This document shows, piece after piece, positions 25,836-36,334 of a stretch of 64,000 bases of DNA (within the stretch, counting starts at the first letter, position 1; every line of letters starts with the position of its first letter). The position numbers were made by a program, and so were the translations under genes. The notes beneath the pieces were generated by a model. That model had not been told where the DNA came from, searched no databases, and was given only the letters and a program-made list of their open reading frames with translations. This DNA comes from Octopus vulgaris. Taxonomy: Eukaryota. Where the stretch lies: assembly GCA_951406725.2 (NCBI GenBank), contig OX597817.1, positions 59,644,001-59,708,000 on the forward strand, in the 5' to 3' direction.

Positions 25836-26726
25836 TAAGCGTGCAGGTAATACCAGACTGACTGACTTTCTGCTTCAACTTAATTGCCTAATTCAACTGA
25901 ATCTTAATTATTTCTATTTATATATAAAGGACAGAATGGTGTTAAGGGATCTCCCGACATTGGGCTTCACAGAGAGAATGAAAAGGGACTGAGAGTGTTG
26001 GTGGTTTGCTGTGCTTGAGAAGACATATCAAGCTAAGTAAAACCATGGCTGTCCTTACAGGAGGGCATGTCCCCTAAATCCCTCTTCAGCTGAGTGATCT
26101 GAATCTTGTGGGCTCATGGGTGCCGGGGCCACATAAAGAGCACCCTTGCCATGTAAGAGCACTCTGTAACATGTTTGGCATTAGGAAGTGCACCAAGTGG
26201 TGGAGACCATGCTGAGTAAGATTGGAGTTTGGTGCCGTTGTTAGCTTGCCAGCTCTGGTCAAACCGTCCAAACCATGCCAGCATGGACAATGGACGTTAA
26301 ATGATGATGATAATGATGATGTGCCTGTGTGTTACTATCTCTTTACCGTGATATTTCATCATGGTTGTAAATGAGTGTTGCTGTCATGGTTGCAAAGTGG
26401 ACTTTTAAACCACACAGTCCTGTCTGTGCCTATATGTTAAATTATTTGAGGCAAAGGGTGGCGAGCTGGCAGAAACGTTAGCACGCCGGGCGAAATGCGT
26501 AGCCATATTTCGTCTGCTGTTACGTTCTGAGTTCAAATTCCACTGAGGTCGACTTTACTTTTCATCCTTTTGGGGTCGATAAATTAAGTACCAGTTACGC
26601 ACCGGGGTTGATGTAATCAATTTAATCCATTTGTCTGTCCCTGTTTGTCCTCTCTGTGTTTAGCCCCTTGTGGGTTATAAAGATATGTATATGTTAAATT
26701 ATTTGAGGCACAAGTTATTTTGTTAA

Positions 26727-27054
26727 CAATTGCAGCGTGGAAGGTGTTTGTAAGCCATTTAAGAAACACACAAAAGCCGTTCGATTCACTTCAACATTTA
26801 AGTTTAATTTGTCAAAATATTTTCGTCGCTATAACTGCAACCTGTTCACTGACAAAAATCCGTGCTGCATCAGTGAACAGGTCGCGGTCTTATAGCGACG
26901 AAAATATTTTGATAAATTAAACTTAAATGTTGAAGTGAATTGAACGGCTTTTCTGTGTTTCTTAAATGACTTACAAACACCTTCCACACTGCAATTGTTT
27001 TTGTTTCAGCACACGATCTCGGATCAAATCACTTGCTATGCAAGAACATCTCCA
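26727..27054. mobile_element. Fold-back element family B, copy 2 (12-bp TSD)
   Basis: TTATTTTGTTAA at 26715-26726 and 27055-27066; inverted arms plus one-sided extension. Confidence 0.85.
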
Positions 27055-27129
27055 TTATTTTGTTAAGTACAACCTAAAAGTTAAGTGACTTCAATAAACT
27101 TTCAATTATTTATCCGTTTTATCTATCTA

Positions 27130-27835
27130 TACAAGGGGGTGATGAGATGTTCTTGGTTTTAAGGGTAGAGCTGTTACCTTTACAGGGAGGTAGGACAAAT
27201 ATTTAGGAGAGGGCCTGCAAAAAATCTTTATGGTATACAATATAGCTTTCTCTTTTTTGTCGATTTAATGCATGGTAGCAGCTTCTACAGTTTATTTTGG
27301 TAAAACTGAAGCATGTCCGGTCATGTTCCTTTTTTTTGCAAGGCTGAGAAGTGGTGGAAATCCATGGTGAGATGAAGAAAGTTTTGAAGAATGGCTACCC
27401 ACAATGGAAATCTGGGTGTCAAGGTTTCAGACTGGTCATTTTGAGGTCACAGATGAACCCTGGTCAGGAGGGCAGCCAGCTTCTGCAACCACAGAGGACA
27501 AAGCCGACACTGTACATCTCATGATTCTTGAGGACTGCCAGAGTCTCAGCTAAAGCCATGATTGGAACTCTGGGGATTTCCTGCAAAGGAGTTGGCCATA
27601 TCATTCACAACATTCTGGATATGAGAAAACTTTCATGAAAATGGGTGTCAAAATGCTTGAATGCAGATCAGAAGCACATCAGACTGACAACATCAAGGAG
27701 ATTTTGGACTGGTTTGCAGTGGGAGAGGCTGGTTTTATGGCTCTTTAATTCACCATAGATGAAACTTGTCTTCATCATTATGATTGTCAGACCAAGCAGC
27801 AATCAATGGAGAGGTACCAATAGTTGGGCTTTTTC
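27130..27835 (+). mobile_element. Degenerate mariner transposon
   Basis: TACAAGGGG mariner-like terminus; disrupted transposase remnants DEP.SG, TLGIS, HIIHNILDMRKL..KWV, IDET..HHYD. Confidence 0.75.
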
Positions 27836-27990
27836 TGCAGCTGAGTGAACTGGAGCAACATGAAATAAAGTGTCTTGCTCAAGAACAATACACAGCCAAA
27901 TCCAGGAATCACTCACAATCTCATCATTGTGTGCCTGATGCCCTAACCATTGAGCCATGTACCTTAAAAAAAAAATATATATATATATAT

Positions 27991-29900
27991 CATCATCATC
28001 ATCATTGTTTAACGTCTGCTTTCCATGCTGGCATGGGTTGGACAGTTTGACTGAGGTCTGGTGAGCCAACGGCTGCACCAGGCTCCAATCTGCCCTGGCA
28101 AAGTTTCTACAGCTGGATGCCCTTCCTAATGCCAACCACTCTGAGAGTGTAGGGGGTGCTTTTTATGTGCCACCAGCACAGGAGCCAGTCAAGCAAGCCT
28201 GGCATCTATCACATTCGGATAGAGCTTTTTATGTGCCACCGGCACGGGAGCCAGTTAAGGGGTACTGGCATCAGCCATGTTCAGATGGTACTTTTTACGT
28301 GCCACTGGCACAGGAACCAGCTAGGGGGTACTGGCATCTGTCACATTTGGATGGTACTTGTAACGTGCCACCAGCATAGGAGCCAGTCAAGGGGTACTGG
28401 CATCAGCCATGTTTGGGTGTTGCTTTTTGTGTGTCACTAGCATGGGAGCTAGTCAGGGGGCACTTGTCACTGCTCCGATACTGGTTTTTACTTGGCTCAA
28501 CAGCTCTTCTCAAGCATATCATATTGTCCAATGCATCAGGGGTATTCTTAAATGGGCTGGACATGCATAGCAGCAATCTCACTTTAGTTGCCAGGTCTTC
28601 TCAATCACAGCATATCTCCAAAGGTCTCAATCTGCTGTCATTGCTTTACTACCTCATCCCTTGTTTTCCTGGGTCTACCTCTTCCACAGTTAGGGAGTGG
28701 CACTTCCTCACACAGCTGTCCTCATCCATACATAATACATGACCATACCAGTGCAGTCACCTCTCTTGCACACCACATATGATGCTTCTTATGCCCAACT
28801 TTTCTCTCAGGGCACTTACACTCTGTTGTGTATGCACACTGACATTACACATCCAGCAGATCATACTAGCTTCATTTCTTTCAAGCTTACGCATGCCCTC
28901 AGCAGTCATGGCCCATGTTACACTGCCGTGTAGCATGGCAGTTCACACACATGCATCATACAGTCTACCTTTCACCCTGAGTGAGAGGCCCTTAGTTGCC
29001 AGCAGAGGTAGGAGCTCCTGAACTTTGCCCAGGCTATTCTTATAATAGCTGCTACACTCTTGGAGCAATCACCCCCACTACAGACTTGGTCACCTAGGTA
29101 GCAGAACCTATTAACTACTTCTAGTCTCCCACCCCGACATGTGATGGAATCAGTTTTGTGTACATCTTCAGTGTTTATTGTCCCAGTGCATCTGCCACAC
29201 ACAAAAACTATCTTCCCAGCCAACCTTCCTTTCATATTGCTGCACCTTTTATGTGTCCGTAGTTTACACTGGGTACATCATATGGAGTTTCTACCCATGC
29301 CTTTTCTACAGATTGAGCAGGGCCATCTACCTCAAGGGGATTGTGATTTGTTAGCCTTCCTACTTTCTAAGACTTTGGTTTTTGCTTCGTTAACCCTGAG
29401 GCCCTTCAATTCTAGATCTTGCTTCCACAGCCTAAACTTTGTCACTAGTTCTGGCAGTGACTCAGCTATTAGAGCAAGGTCATCAGCATAGAGGAGCTCC
29501 CAGGGGCAACCTGTCTTGAATTCCTCTGTTATTGCCTGGAGGACTATGATGAATAAGAGGGGTCTGAGGGCTGATCCTTGGTGAACTTCTGCTTGGAATT
29601 CTCCACTATACTCGTTGCCAACCCTCACCTTACTGACAGCATCCCTGTACAGGGCTTGTACAGTTCTTACCAACCACTCATCTATCCCCAGTTTCTGCAT
29701 TGACCACCAGATAAGGAATCGGGGAACCCTGTCAAAGGCTTTCTCCATGTCAACAAAAGCCAAGTACAAAGGTTTATCTTTGGCTAAATATTTTTCCTGC
29801 AGTTAGCTTACCAGAAGTATAGCATCAGTGGTGCTTCTGCCTGGCACAAAACCAAACTGCATCTCACCTAGACTGACTCCGTCCCTAATTAGTTGGGCTA
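27991..29900 (-). mobile_element. 5'-truncated RTE-clade LINE (RT pseudogene + 3' UTR with ~61-bp tandem repeats)
   Basis: YLAFVDMEKAFDRVP, VHQGSAL.PLLF, ELLYADDLAL, FCYLGD motifs; frameshifts; (GAT)n tail. Confidence 0.9.
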
Positions 29901-30000
29901 TTCTATCTAATATTTTCATGTTATTCTTTGTAACTTATATGCTTTAGGCTCCAGCATTTCAAAAGACTTATTTCATACACACACATATATAAAATGTATG

Positions 30001-30420
30001 TGTAACAGGATCTGGAATCGGTATCACTGAAGGGGTGTCCGATCCGATCCCGTCACATTCAATTTAGTTAGATATAACAGACGAAGTCAGGTTATCTGGG
30101 AAAGACAGCAAATTGTTGTTTATTACTCGTGATGGTGTGCGTATTTTCTGAGGGGAAACGACAGCCGAATCTTTGTACTGCTTCTTGTTGGTTGATTGAA
30201 GTGATTCGATGTGGTCTGTTGCTAAGCCGGTGTAGAGTTCTCAGACTACCAAATGCATGTCTGTTCACGAGGGCTGAAAGCGCCAGAGAGAGTGAATGAG
30301 TGGACTGTGCCTTAGGGGTCAGTTTCCCGCACATGCGCATGGGGAAGACTTCCGGTGGCCACCCGGAAGTAGTCCCATTCTGCGCATGCGCGCTGAACCT
30401 TACACAGTAGCGTCACTACA
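30001..30420 (-). repeat. 3' LTR
   Basis: Direct repeat of 34718-35139 (7 substitutions + one 2-bp indel by eye). Confidence 0.97.
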
Positions 30421-30432
30421 TGGCTCCCCCTC
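30421..30432 (-). promoter_or_regulatory. Polypurine tract
   Basis: GAGGGGGAGCCA immediately 5' of the 3' LTR on the minus strand. Confidence 0.85.
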
Positions 30433-30555
30433 GAGTGCGGAAATACGAAAACAAGAAAATTTGTAGTGGTGCTGCAGAAAAACAGATGGCTTGCCGATCC
30501 CAACAGAAGATTTGGTACACAATATCATACAAAAAACAAGAAATTTGAAAGAAAG

Positions 30556-33500
30556 TTAAATATAAATTGTCTTTGAGAGTTTCTTGGGCCAATGCACTGT
30601 TCTGCCCGATCTTGTAACATACGGTGTGCTCGGGGCACCCGTTGATGGTGAAGGCAAAGGTGTCTGTGCAGGTGAAGGTGTTGTTAAAGGTGCATAGGTG
30701 GGTGTGGCAAGGTTGTCATCAAAAGATGAAGACGTCTCAAAGTATACTTTCTTCAGTCGGTCCACGGAAACGGTCTCCGAATGACCATTTATTTCAATGG
30801 TGAAAACCTTAGGTGTGCGACAAAGCACACGGAAAGGTCCTTTATAGGGAGAAACAAGTGGTCCCTTGACAGAGTCGTCCCGAACAAAAACATGCGACCA
30901 AGTGTCCATATCCGGTGGGAGATGGGATGGTGGAGATTGTTTCCTGGGAACCATGGGTGGAAGATTCGAGAAATATGAATGCAGTCTGGCGACATAGGTC
31001 GCCGGATCATGGGGCTGGGCAGTGTCTGGCACCAACATCGTACCAGACAATGCCAGTGTGGTACCATACAGTAGCTCTGCAGAAGAAAACCCCAGGTCTG
31101 CCTTGACAGCAGTGCGACAACCGAGAAGCACAATTGGCAGAAATTCAATCCAGGACTGTGGATTTGAAGAGGCACGAAGAGCGGCCTTGAGCTGTCTATG
31201 GAACCGTTCAACTAATCCATTAGACGCTGGATGATAGCTGGTAGTGTGGATATGATGCACACCTAAAATGCGTGACAATTCGCGAAATAGCGAAGCTTCA
31301 AACTGACGTCCACGATCAGTAGTCAATCTGGACGGGACTCCGAAACGGGAAATCCAGTTTGAAACGAAGGCTCGCACAACAGTCTCAGTAGAAATGTCTG
31401 CTATCAGAATGGCTTCTGGCCAGCGGGAGAAACGATTGACACAAGTTAACAGATAAGAAAACCCACGACTCATAGGCCATGGTCCAACCAGATTGATGTG
31501 GACATGGCGAAAACGGGCCTCCGTAGGGGGAAAATGTCCAAGCGGGGCATGAACGTGCCGTTGAATCTTGGACCGTTGACACTTGGAGCAGGTGCGTGTC
31601 CAAGAAGTAATAGTGTGACGTATATTCGGCCAGAAAAACCGAGCAGTGATCAGCTTAAGGGTGGCAGCGATGCCAAGATGTGATAAGGAGTGCAGTTCTT
31701 CAAACACTGAGCATTGATGATTCTCAGGCACGAGTGGCCTGGGAGAAACAGTGGAAGTATCACAGAGAATGGTGCCTTCGGCTGACGGAAGCGGAAGGTA
31801 GGAAAACTGGCAACAGGAGAACTTGGGAGAAGTTAAGTCTAACGACGCCAAAGGTGGCTGCTCGTGCAAGATGGCAGTTAAGTCGATAGCAGCAGGAGAC
31901 GAAAGGGCACAGACTGGAAGGCAAGAGAGAGCGTCAGCAGGAATGTTCTCTTTTCCAGGTATGTGTCGAATGTTACTAGTGAATTGAGAGATAAAATCCA
32001 GGTGCCGGAAAGCATGAGGCGAGAGTTTGTCCGTTTTTGAACACAGGGCAAATGTAAGGGGCTTGTGATCCGTATAGATCACAAAATCTTGCCCTTCAAG
32101 TTGATGCTGGAAATGACGAACCGATAAATAGATCGCTAGGAGCTCACGGTCAAAGGTGCTGTATCGTCGTTCAGCTGGTTGCAGTTGGCGGGAAAAGAAA
32201 GCCAGAGGTCGAGTATGATCATCCACTGTGTGTTGTAACACAGCGCCAATCGCAGTGTCCGATGCGTCTACAGTCAAAAAGAGAGAAGCACCAGGAACCG
32301 GATGTGCAAGCAAAGAAACAGAAGCCAGCTCCTTCTTAATGGACTCAAAGGCTGTCAGTGCCTCAACAGAGAGGGTGACTTGACCGTCCTTTCTAGGAGT
32401 GTCCTTTAATAGCCTGGTGAGAGGAAGTAGCTTATCTGCACAACCGGGAATAAAACGTCTGTAGAAATTGATCATCCCTAGATAATGCCTGAGCTGGTGC
32501 AAGGAAGTGGAAGGTGCGATGCGTTGAATGGCATCGACCTTTGATGACAGAGGGCTGATTCCACTCGAATCAATATGATGGCCTAGAAAATCTAGAGAAG
32601 AGCGTCCGAAAACACAATTGTCGGGATTTATGCGTATACTATAAGCGCGAAGACGCTGAAAAAGCTGAGAAAGGTGCTGGAGATGATTTTCACATGTGTC
32701 GCTCGCAATGAGTATATCATCGACATAGGCAAACACAAAATCAAGACCGCGGACAACCTCATCAATGAAACGCTGGAAAGTGCTGGTAGCATTCCACAAA
32801 CCGAAACTCATATACAAAAACTCAAAACACCCAAAAGGGGTAGTGATCTCAGTTTTCGGAACGTCGGCTGGGTTAACCGGTATTTGATGGTACGCACGTA
32901 TAAGGTCGACCTTCGAAAAAATGGTGCACCATGGAGAAAGTCCTGTAGATTTCTGATTGGATACCTGTCGGCTATTGTTACGGCATTGAGGCGTCGATAG
33001 TCTCCTATGGGGCGAAAATCAGACTCGCCCTTTCGCGCCAAATGAAGGGGAGACGCCCATGGGCTGGTGGAGGGGCGTATAAGGCCAAGTTGAAGCATGT
33101 GCTCAAACTCGGCCCTAGCCGTATTTAGTCGGTCAGGCGCAAGGCGCCGTGGGCGCGAAAATACAGGCGGCCCAGTGGTGGTGATAAAATGAAGGGTCGA
33201 GTGGGTAGGCTTTTCCGGTTGAAAGGCAATGTCCACTAGCTCCGGAAATGAGGCCAAAAGAGAGTGAAAAGCGTCTCCATAGGTGGCAACAAAGAATGTC
33301 AGGCTAAGGACCGCATTGGTGGAACTCCCAGTCGGCGTAGAGAGCGACGTCGTGCTATCAAGAAGCCTCCAACGCCTGACATCCACCAATAGATTAAACC
33401 TATCCAAGAAATCAGCGCCGAGAATAGGATGCGGGATGTCAGCGATGACGAAAACCCATTGAAAATCTCGACGAAGGTTGATGTCGAGGCGCAGCGAAAT

Positions 33501-33722
33501 CTGACCGAAGGTGGTGAAGGGAGACGAGTCAATGGCATGCAAGACAATTGAAGAGCGCTTGGGCTTGTCTGCAGTCAGACGAAAGGGCCAAATGCTGCAA
33601 CAAGAGCCGGTGTCCACCATGAAAAATTTCTTCGACACCAGATCTTTTACAAAGAACACACGATTTTTGGGAAACGAGAAGGAAGAAGGTGACGTGCTCA
33701 CCTCCTCCGGATTTAGTTTCCC
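30556..33722 (-). pseudogene. pol: Gypsy pol (protease, RT, RNase H, integrase), frameshift near 32930
   Basis: VDTGS protease; SPWASP/GDYRRLN/YVDD RT; VDASD RNase H; HHCC and [16 protein letters not shown] integrase; first catalytic Asp reads Asn (HINLVGP). Confidence 0.93.
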
Positions 33723-34331
33723 AAGGGCTGGAAAGTGCACGGCTGGGTACACTGTTCTGCCTTTTCGGCATACTTTGAATGGTACCAGCACCAGCCGGAA
33801 CGGGAAACAGAGCCACTGCGACTACGACTGCAAGGTCGGCGCCCAATCGCACGATGGAGATGGTCCCGAAAATTCTAATATTTTATCGGCCATCGTGGCA
33901 ATCTGGTCTACTGACACAGATTCCAGTGCCGTGGCCAACATTGTCTGCACGTGGGCAGGCAACCTGGAGAAGAATATCTTCCGCAAGAGTGGCACATCTG
34001 CTGCATTCCCGCTTAGCTCCCTTAGGTGGCGCAGGAACTGGGATGGAGTCCTGTCCCCCAACTGTTCGTCGGCCATTAGTTCATTAAATTGACTCTCCTC
34101 CGACCGCGTGTTGCGGCGGAGGATTTCGGCCTTTACTGACGCGTATGTGGCGTCAGGGTGGGGACTCATTATGAGATCCCTGACTGATGTGGCGAGTCGG
34201 GAAGGCAAACTCGAGTATAGCAGATGCAACTGCTGCTGTGGAGGAATGGCATGTGCGGCAAAATGCGACTCCACCTGGGCAAGCCACAGACCCGCATCCC
34301 CTGTGAATGAAGGCAAACCTGATGCAGCCAT
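33713..34331 (-). pseudogene. gag: Gypsy gag, frameshift near 33850
   Basis: LPSF...WLAQVE, LGDRTPSQFLRHLREL; C-terminal CWYH-x8-C-x3-C motif in a shifted frame, ending GGA AAC TAA. Confidence 0.85.
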
Positions 34332-34705
34332 GTTTGTCCGAAGAATCACCTGTCAGAAAGGGGGCAGAAGGAAGAACGAGAAGTGGAGAACACGTAGAAC
34401 CGACAAAGCAAATCAAAAAAAAAAAGTCGTGTTTTGTGTACTGGTGTGTGCACCTCTGGGTAGTAAAGAAATAGGTGTGTGTGTGCACAAAGGAAAAACA
34501 AAAGCTACAGAAAAGAAAAAATAATGTGTGTGTGTGTTTTTTTCTTTTTTTTTTCAGTATACTGAGTGCGATGAATAAAACTTTTGTTTGTACGCACCTT
34601 CGCCGTCCTGAAAGGAAAAGAAAATAATAATGAAACTGAGTGTTCAGTGCTCTAACTGGCAAAACCTGTTCGCTGCGTCTTCTGTTCTTTTTTTTTTTTT
34701 TGCTT

Positions 34706-34715
34706 GGGGTCACCA
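34706..34715 (-). promoter_or_regulatory. Primer binding site, tRNA-Trp type
   Basis: TGGTGACCCC 2 nt inside the 5' LTR; complementary to the ...GGGGUCACCA 3' end of tRNA-Trp as recalled. Confidence 0.75.
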
Positions 34716-34717
34716 AT

Positions 34718-35139
34718 TGTAACAGGATCTGGAATCGGTATCACTGAAGGGGTGTCCGATCCGATCCCGTCACATTCAATTTAGTTAGATATAACAGACG
34801 AAGTCAGGTTATCTGGGAAAGACAGCAAATTGTTGTTTATTACTCATGATGGTGTGCATATTTTCTGAGGGGAAGCGACAGCCGAATCTTTGTACTGCTT
34901 CTTGTTGGTTGATTGAAGTGATTCGATGTGGTCCGTTGCTAAGCCGGTGTAGAGTTCTCAGAGACTACCAAATGCACGTCTGTTCACGAGGGCTGAAAGC
35001 GCCAGAGAGAGTGAATGAGTGGACTGTGCCTTAGGGGTCAGTTTCCCGCATATGCGCATGGGGAAGACTTCCGGTGGCCACCCGGAAGTAGTCCCATTCT
35101 GCGCATGCGCGCTGAACCTTACACAGTAGCATCACTACA
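34718..35139 (-). repeat. 5' LTR
   Basis: Direct repeat of 30001-30420; followed by the PBS on the minus strand. Confidence 0.97.
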
Positions 35140-35178
35140 TATGTATAATGTTTTATTCTCAGGTGAACTCATTTGGAA

Positions 35179-35258
35179 ATGCCTCATCCATCCTCTTTGA
35201 GCAAAAGCTCTTTATCTCGGAGCAGATTTGAATCACAACTCAGAAGCATTGCAATACA
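35179..35258 (+). CDS. LKAAEAR1: LKAAEAR motif-containing protein 1, probable first coding exon (MPHPSSLSKS...RSIAI)
   Basis: Acceptor TTTTATTCTCAG ending 35162, ATG at 35179 after an in-frame TGA, donor GTATGT at 35259; phase 2 matches the next exon. Confidence 0.6.
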
Positions 35259-35592
35259 GTATGTATTTTGTTATTGTTTATTAAACTTTTTTCTCTTGTT
35301 ACTTTCAGAACCTTTAAATGTTGTTATTGAAAGGCAAGGTTGGCAGCATTGGACAAATGGTTCTGTAGCATTTGGTAATAGTTTTGAGTCCAATTTCTTC
35401 TGGGGTTCAATTCACCTCCTGTCTTTTTACACTTGATAAGTATCATTTACATGCTGAGGGCTATTTGCAACCTTATACCAATGTAAGAAATCTTGCTTAT
35501 TAAGAGCAGAGGGAAGTTGGTAACAGAATCGTTAGAGCAATGATCAAATGCCTTGTTGTACTTAGTTACATCTGTTTATGTTCTGAGTTTAA

Positions 35593-35779
35593 CCCTTTTG
35601 ATACCAACCCAGCTGAAACTGCCTCTGACTCTGTAGTACAAATGACTTGTTTTCATAAGGTTTGAATTAAAATCTTCCACCAAACCTTAAACTAAGTTAT
35701 TTTACTAAATGCTTTGTTACACTTAAAATTAATTGAAAGAAACGCAGAGCATCTCAAAATAAATACAGTGACAAAAGGG
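35593..35779. mobile_element. piggyBac-type MITE nested in a family-2 SINE
   Basis: TTAA|CCCTTTTG...CAAAAGGG|TTAA. Confidence 0.85.
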
Positions 35780-35839
35780 TTAAATCTTGCTGAGGTCAAC
35801 TTTGCCTTTAATCTTTTTGGGGTCGATAAATTAAGTACC

Positions 35840-36020
35840 ACAGTTCTATGTTTAAGAGATGAAGAATTACGTACATTATTTACATTTGACAGATATTCGT
35901 CCTCATCTTGGTTGTTGATAACACGTTTCGGTTGATTTACCCTTCAGCCTTCATCAGGTGTCTTGGGGAAATTTCGAACCTGGGTTCTCATTCCTAAGGT
36001 ATTTTTCGATGTTGTTGTTG

Positions 36021-36062
<42 letters not shown>

Positions 36063-36334
36063 TCACTGCCTGGAATCAAACTCGGAATCTTGGGGTTAGT
36101 AGCCTGCAATATACCATATGCCTACGTGCATATGGCATAGTGGCTGGTAACCCCAAGATTCCGAGTTCGATTCAAGGCAGTGACCTGAATAATAATAATA
36201 ATAATAAGATGGAAAAATACCTTAGGAATGAGAACCTAGGTTAGAAATTTCCCCAAGACACCTGATGAAGGCTGGAGGGTATATCAGCTGAAACAATGTA
36301 CTAACAACAAACGAGGATAAATATCCGTCAAATG
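35840..36334. mobile_element. Fold-back element family A: head-to-head tRNA-headed units with hammerhead-like boxes, 13-bp TSD
   Basis: TAAATTAAGTACC at 35827-35839 and 36335-36347; A-box 36133-36143, B-box 36163-36173; CTGATGA-stem-GAAA on both arms. Confidence 0.75.

Larger units (their letters stand above)
30001..35139 (-). mobile_element. Full-length Ty3/Gypsy LTR retrotransposon, recently inactivated
   Basis: TG...CA LTRs of 420/422 bp, TATG TSD (29997-30000; 35140-35143), PBS, PPT, gag-PR-RT-RH-IN order. Confidence 0.97.

Noticed and set aside
28150-28460. Regularly spaced ~61-bp repeats as a repeat-spacer array
   Set aside because: They are decayed tandem repeats of the RTE 3' UTR, also seen in other copies.
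33511-34524. Plus-strand ORFs over the Gypsy gag/protease region
   Set aside because: Antisense shadows of GC-rich coding sequence with no motifs of their own.
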